A stretch of 64,000 bases of DNA, taken from the IMG/VR virus record IMGVR_UViG_3300020048_000069. One strand, 5' to 3'. Of the stretch, positions 59,941 through 64,000 are shown in pieces. Origin of the DNA: an uncultured virus (IMG/VR IMGVR_UViG_3300020048_000069) (Duplodnaviria; Heunggongvirae; Uroviricota; Caudoviricetes). The notes under the pieces are model-generated. The model was not told the DNA's origin. It searched no databases and saw nothing but the letters and a program-made list of their open reading frames with translations. The position numbers were made by a program, and so were the translations under genes. Numbering within the stretch: position 1 is the stretch's first letter; each line of letters opens with the position of its first letter.

Positions 59941-62498
59941 TGGCTGATGCTGCAAAGATTATTTTTACTGAGGGCGATGCTCCATTGGCTCCAGCAAGTG
60001 GGCAATCTGCCATTTACGCGAAAACTGACCATAAGTTTTATCGCAAAGACTCAACTGGGACTGAACTTGAATTTGGCGCAAGTGGGGATGTTTCAACTGA
60101 TGTGATATGGGACGCGGCTGGAGATTTGGTGGTTGGAACTGGAGCAAATACAGCCATTAAGTTGACCAAAGGAACAGAGGGAAAAGTCCTGACGGCTGGA
60201 GCAACAACATTGTCCTGGGAAACAATTTCAACCAGTCTTAGTTCCCAAACTCCCGAATCAATCCTTGCAAACGCAACAGAGAATACGGCTGTTCCGAGTG
60301 CTATGCCAATTGCAGAGCAAACAATCGTTGGAAGGGTTACGGGAAGGCACGTTGAAGACCTTTCGGCGGGGCAGGTTAGGACATTGCTCAATGTTGCAGA
60401 TGGAGCAACTAATTATGCTCATCCTACAGGTGACGGTAATTTACATATACCAGCGAACAGCACAACGAATAGTGGTAAGGTTCTAACCGCTGGAGCGGTT
60501 GCAGGAACTTATACTTGGGAGACTGCTGCAACTGGAGGCGATGTTGCCACGGATACTTTGTGGGATGCGGCGGGTGATTTGGTAGTTGGGACAGGAGCGA
60601 ACACAGCGGGTATACTAACAAAAGGAAGCGAAGGGAAAGTCCTGACTGCTGGAGCATCTACACTGTCCTGGGAAACTCCTTCAGCGATTGGATTGGCGAC
60701 TTCAATTTCAGACGGGGATATTACTCATGCTCCAGACGGGGATACTGTGTATCATGCGTTGGCAGGAAAGCAAGCTACTGGATTGAGTCCTTTGAACTCT
60801 CAAGCTACTGCTGAAAATGACTTTCTTGTCGGAGCTGCTACTCCTTTTGGTAGTTGGGCAAAGAAAACATTGGCGGAAACAAAAACTGTTTTAGGATTGG
60901 GTAGTGCTGCTTATACAGATTCCACAGCTTATGATCCCGCTGGAACTGCGGCAGGAAAGATTGCAGCGTCAATCTCAAACGGGGATATAACTCATTCGCC
61001 TGATGGAAACTCGGTTTATGATGCTCTGGTAGGAAAAGAAAGTTACCACGGAGTTCAGGCAATTGGTACAATTAGCTTTGATAATACAGAACACACCTTA
61101 TCAGTAGCTTCAGTAACATACTGGTATCAAGGAGTGTCATTTACAACTGCTACTCCTACAGTATGCGATTTTGATTTAACAGCGGATAGAGATCATGCAA
61201 GTGCATCATTAACAACAGGAGTGCTGTATTATTTTTATTTTAAGGACGTGACTGGAAAACTTTATTGGTCTCCAGTGTTTTGGAATCTTAAAACGATGAT
61301 TCCTGTTGCTACTGTTTTTTGGAATGGAAGTGCAGGAGCGATAAGTAAAGAAAGTCATAACCATACAAGAAATATTGACTGGCATATCTGGAGTCATTTA
61401 ACTGTTGGTGCAAGGTACGGATCAGGGCTGGATAAAACCTATCCCTCTACGAGTGTTGATGAGTCGTTGCAGATTGAGACAGGGACAGTTTATGATGAGG
61501 ATTTAACTGTAACAACCGGACAACAAACTACCATGAGAGGGTATTACAAGACAAATTCAACAACATGGACTTTTGCTGATTTTGCCTTTCCTTTTACTGG
61601 ATCAACAGGAGCACCTACTTACCTCAACACAGGTACATACGTTTTAACAACCTATGCTGACAACAGGTATGCCTGTTATTGGGTCTTTGCGACAACTGAT
61701 ATTGATAAGCCAATCGCTGTTATCCCGTCTCATGTGTCAGCTTCATATAGCCAAATAACCACGGCGAGGACAGAAGTATCGCCAGTCATTGCAGGAATTA
61801 ATCCTGAGTGGAAGCTGATTTACCGGTTTATCTATGCTGGTGATGGACAGTTTATAGAGAGTGCAGATTATAGATTGCAGTCGTCTTTGGCTGGTGCTGT
61901 ATCATCGGCCACTACTGCCGGTGCTGTTTCCTTTACTCCGAGTGGTGGGGTTATTGCAACTACAGTGCAAGGAGCGATTGAGGAATTGGATGCTGAGAAA
62001 GCGCCTATTTCTGGTGCAGCACTTGTTTCAGCGACAATAAATGCTTTGACGCCGACTGCATTGGCCACAGGTTTTACCATCGCCGGAGGAACAAAATCAA
62101 AAACGCTGACTGTGCCTCTTGATGCGAGTGTTAGTGGAACAAATACTGGCGATAAAAATCTTGCCAGAGTCAACCACTCCACAACTCCAGCCGACATGAC
62201 CGTCGCTGACTGCTCTGGATTTAACGTATTCACGAACACCGGCGCAACCGCCGAAGTCGTTATGAATCTGCCTGCTGGTGCTGATGGTCTCAGACTACCT
62301 GCGATTATCACCGCTGCCTACGATTTCACTTTTGTAGCAGACGGAACTGAGACAATCCGGTATCTTAGTACTGTGAGTAAAGCTGGTGGGAGCATTAAAT
62401 CAGCCAGTATTGGAGACGAGTTGCAGTTGGATTGGAATGGTACTCAATGGGTGGCGAGTGTTCTGGGACTTTCGACATGGTGGCTGGAAACATCGTAA
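59937..62498 (+). CDS. Putative tail fibre protein with internal repeats
   Basis: WDAAGDLVVGTGANTA..LTKG.EGKVLTAGA.TLSWET x2; SIS.GDITH.PDG..VY.AL.GK x2; LGLGSAAY; TVQGAIEEL. Confidence 0.8.
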   Translation: MMADAAKIIFTEGDAPLAPASGQSAIYAKTDHKFYRKDSTGTELEFGASGDVSTDVIWDAAGDLVVGTGANTAIKLTKGTEGKVLTAGATTLSWETISTSLSSQTPESILANATENTAVPSAMPIAEQTIVGRVTGRHVEDLSAGQVRTLLNVADGATNYAHPTGDGNLHIPANSTTNSGKVLTAGAVAGTYTWETAATGGDVATDTLWDAAGDLVVGTGANTAGILTKGSEGKVLTAGASTLSWETPSAIGLATSISDGDITHAPDGDTVYHALAGKQATGLSPLNSQATAENDFLVGAATPFGSWAKKTLAETKTVLGLGSAAYTDSTAYDPAGTAAGKIAASISNGDITHSPDGNSVYDALVGKESYHGVQAIGTISFDNTEHTLSVASVTYWYQGVSFTTATPTVCDFDLTADRDHASASLTTGVLYYFYFKDVTGKLYWSPVFWNLKTMIPVATVFWNGSAGAISKESHNHTRNIDWHIWSHLTVGARYGSGLDKTYPSTSVDESLQIETGTVYDEDLTVTTGQQTTMRGYYKTNSTTWTFADFAFPFTGSTGAPTYLNTGTYVLTTYADNRYACYWVFATTDIDKPIAVIPSHVSASYSQITTARTEVSPVIAGINPEWKLIYRFIYAGDGQFIESADYRLQSSLAGAVSSATTAGAVSFTPSGGVIATTVQGAIEELDAEKAPISGAALVSATINALTPTALATGFTIAGGTKSKTLTVPLDASVSGTNTGDKNLARVNHSTTPADMTVADCSGFNVFTNTGATAEVVMNLPAGADGLRLPAIITAAYDFTFVADGTETIRYLSTVSKAGGSIKSASIGDELQLDWNGTQWVASVLGLSTWWLETS

Positions 62499-62511
62499 AA
62501 AGGAGATATTC

Positions 62512-62805
62512 ATGGCTTTTAGTCGAATAGGACAATCAAACAAAGAATTGTTTTGCATGGTGATCTCCGAGAACATAAACGCTGCTTCAGTTGAATGGGT
62601 TGTTGTGCAATCAGGGATTGAGGGAGTGACTGGAGCAGTGTTTAATGAGGCTTTTAATCTTGCGCTCTCATTACTGGATACACTATCTACCATAGCACTC
62701 GTTTATGCAAACACAACAGCAAGAGCGGCGATTTACGCTAACACGGCGGCAAGAGCGGCAGTGGTTGCTTCAACGACGGCAACCGACTTGGGTGCGTGGG
62801 GATAA
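62512..62805 (+). CDS. Small protein paralogous to the N-terminus of the downstream gene
   Basis: AAGGAG RBS; MAFSRIGQSNKELF... aligns with MAFTALGTSKKLLY... Confidence 0.7.
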   Translation: MAFSRIGQSNKELFCMVISENINAASVEWVVVQSGIEGVTGAVFNEAFNLALSLLDTLSTIALVYANTTARAAIYANTAARAAVVASTTATDLGAWG

Positions 62806-62818
62806 AAGGAGATATAAA

Positions 62819-63889
62819 ATGGCGTTTACTGCTTTAGGAACATCGAAGAAATTACTTTATGCTGCTACATTGGCGAGGTCGATAAACAGTCAGTCGATTG
62901 ATTGGGCTTTTCTTGCTGCGGATAGAGATAAAATACTTGGGATAGTGGTTAATAATGCTTTTGGGTTGAATTGCTCGGCGATGGAATCGTTGCAGACTAT
63001 GGCTGCGGTAATTGCTAATGAGACGGCGAAAGCTGCTATATTATTATCAGTAGGAGCTGCGGCCGCGTGTATAGCAACAAGTATGGCTATAAATGCAGTA
63101 ACATGGGCAACAGGCGGAAATACTATCACATACTCTGGTGGTAAAAGAATTCACACGTTTACTGGTTCTGGAACGTTGGTTGTGCCTTATGGTATAAGTG
63201 TGGCGTATTTGGTGGCAGCGGGAGGAGGAGGCGGTGGTAGTGATTACGCAGCAGGTGGCGGAGGAGGCGGTGTAATTACAGGAACGGTATTTTTGAGTAT
63301 TAATAGTTATGCGATAGTTGTTGGTGATGGTGGTGAAGTAGTGTCAGAAGGCCGTGGGAATAATGGTTATAACTCGTCTTTCAATGGTAATACTGCAACT
63401 GGAGGAGGCGGAGGCGGTTCGTCTAAAGACCCTTCAGCTACCTACGGAATAGGAAAGAATGGGGGATGCGGTGGAGGAGGAGTTGGCGACTATACTGGAC
63501 GGGCTGGTGGAATTGGTTCTCAGGGATATAATGGAGGTACTGGAGCGTCTGGTTCAGCCTACGGATGCGCTGGTGGTGGGGGCATGGGAGGCGTGGGAGC
63601 AAATGGGACTACAACAGTAGGAGGTAATGGAGGGATAGGAATCGCTTCGTCTATTTCTGGTACCTCGACATATTATGGAGGTGGTGGGGGCGGCGGGATG
63701 AGAACAACTGCTACACGTGCATCTGGCGGTAATGGTGGAGGAGGACTTGGAGGCAATTCTGAACTACCTTCAACTGTGGGAGCGCCGAATACTGGCGGTG
63801 GAGGCGGTGGTGCAGCAACTAGTGTTGTAGATGGATCAGCAGGTGGCTCCGGCATAGTAATAATCTCATATCCTTCAGCGCCATTTTAA
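62819..63889 (+). CDS. Glycine-rich-domain virion/tail-fibre protein
   Basis: AAGGAG RBS; IHTFTGSGTL, YLVAAGGGGGG, GAPNTGGGGGG, GGSGIVIISYP. Confidence 0.85.
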   Translation: MAFTALGTSKKLLYAATLARSINSQSIDWAFLAADRDKILGIVVNNAFGLNCSAMESLQTMAAVIANETAKAAILLSVGAAAACIATSMAINAVTWATGGNTITYSGGKRIHTFTGSGTLVVPYGISVAYLVAAGGGGGGSDYAAGGGGGGVITGTVFLSINSYAIVVGDGGEVVSEGRGNNGYNSSFNGNTATGGGGGGSSKDPSATYGIGKNGGCGGGGVGDYTGRAGGIGSQGYNGGTGASGSAYGCAGGGGMGGVGANGTTTVGGNGGIGIASSISGTSTYYGGGGGGGMRTTATRASGGNGGGGLGGNSELPSTVGAPNTGGGGGGAATSVVDGSAGGSGIVIISYPSAPF

Positions 63890-63905
63890 ATAAAGGAATT
63901 AAAAA

Positions 63906-64000
63906 ATGACACTACAAGATCAAATCGAGCAGGGACTATCATCTGTTAAATCAGAGTTGCAGGAATCAATCAATGTTCTATCAATCCAACAACAATCTCT
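63906..64000 (+). CDS. Start of a further gene, truncated by the window edge
   Basis: AAAGGA RBS; MTLQDQIEQGLSSVKSELQESINVLSIQQQS stays open to the edge. Confidence 0.55.
   Translation, partial: MTLQDQIEQGLSSVKSELQESINVLSIQQQS

Noticed and set aside
59937..62498. Diversity-generating retroelement template/variable repeat pair in the fibre gene
   Set aside because: The duplications are in-frame coding repeats with differences not restricted to adenines, and no reverse transcriptase is present in the window.
1..64000. Self-targeting by array spacers
   Set aside because: 9-mers match by chance and I could not run an exhaustive split-strand search, so no target is claimed.

Overview
The window is a segment of a tailed-phage (Caudoviricetes) genome or prophage, almost all on the + strand. 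It has terminase small/large subunits, portal, a Rha-HNH fusion, a phage GroES, scaffold, major capsid, head-tail proteins, large BNR/LamG/CAP/transglutaminase-like virion proteins, paired 28-aa-repeat coiled-coil proteins, probable ejection proteins including a 7137-aa DarA/DarB-type polyvalent protein, and tail-fibre genes. No tail tube, sheath, lysis, integrase or replication genes were recognised. The main finding is at the left edge (1-876): an indel-free 37-bp-period array of two alternating short repeats (TGAAACCCA / TGCAAGACCA) separated by variable 9-nt spacers. This is the architecture of a TIGR (tandem interspaced guide RNA) array, not CRISPR. Its Nop-domain Tas effector is not visible and may lie upstream of base 1. 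Other notable items: an HNH endonuclease gene with its own promoter and RBS embedded antisense inside the giant ORF without breaking it; a TnpV-like gene overprinted in the +1 frame of the same ORF; three copies of a covarying hairpin-plus-terminator leader sitting directly in front of structural genes; and an in-frame TAG splitting a conserved head-associated gene. All family assignments come from motif recognition by eye, not database searches.
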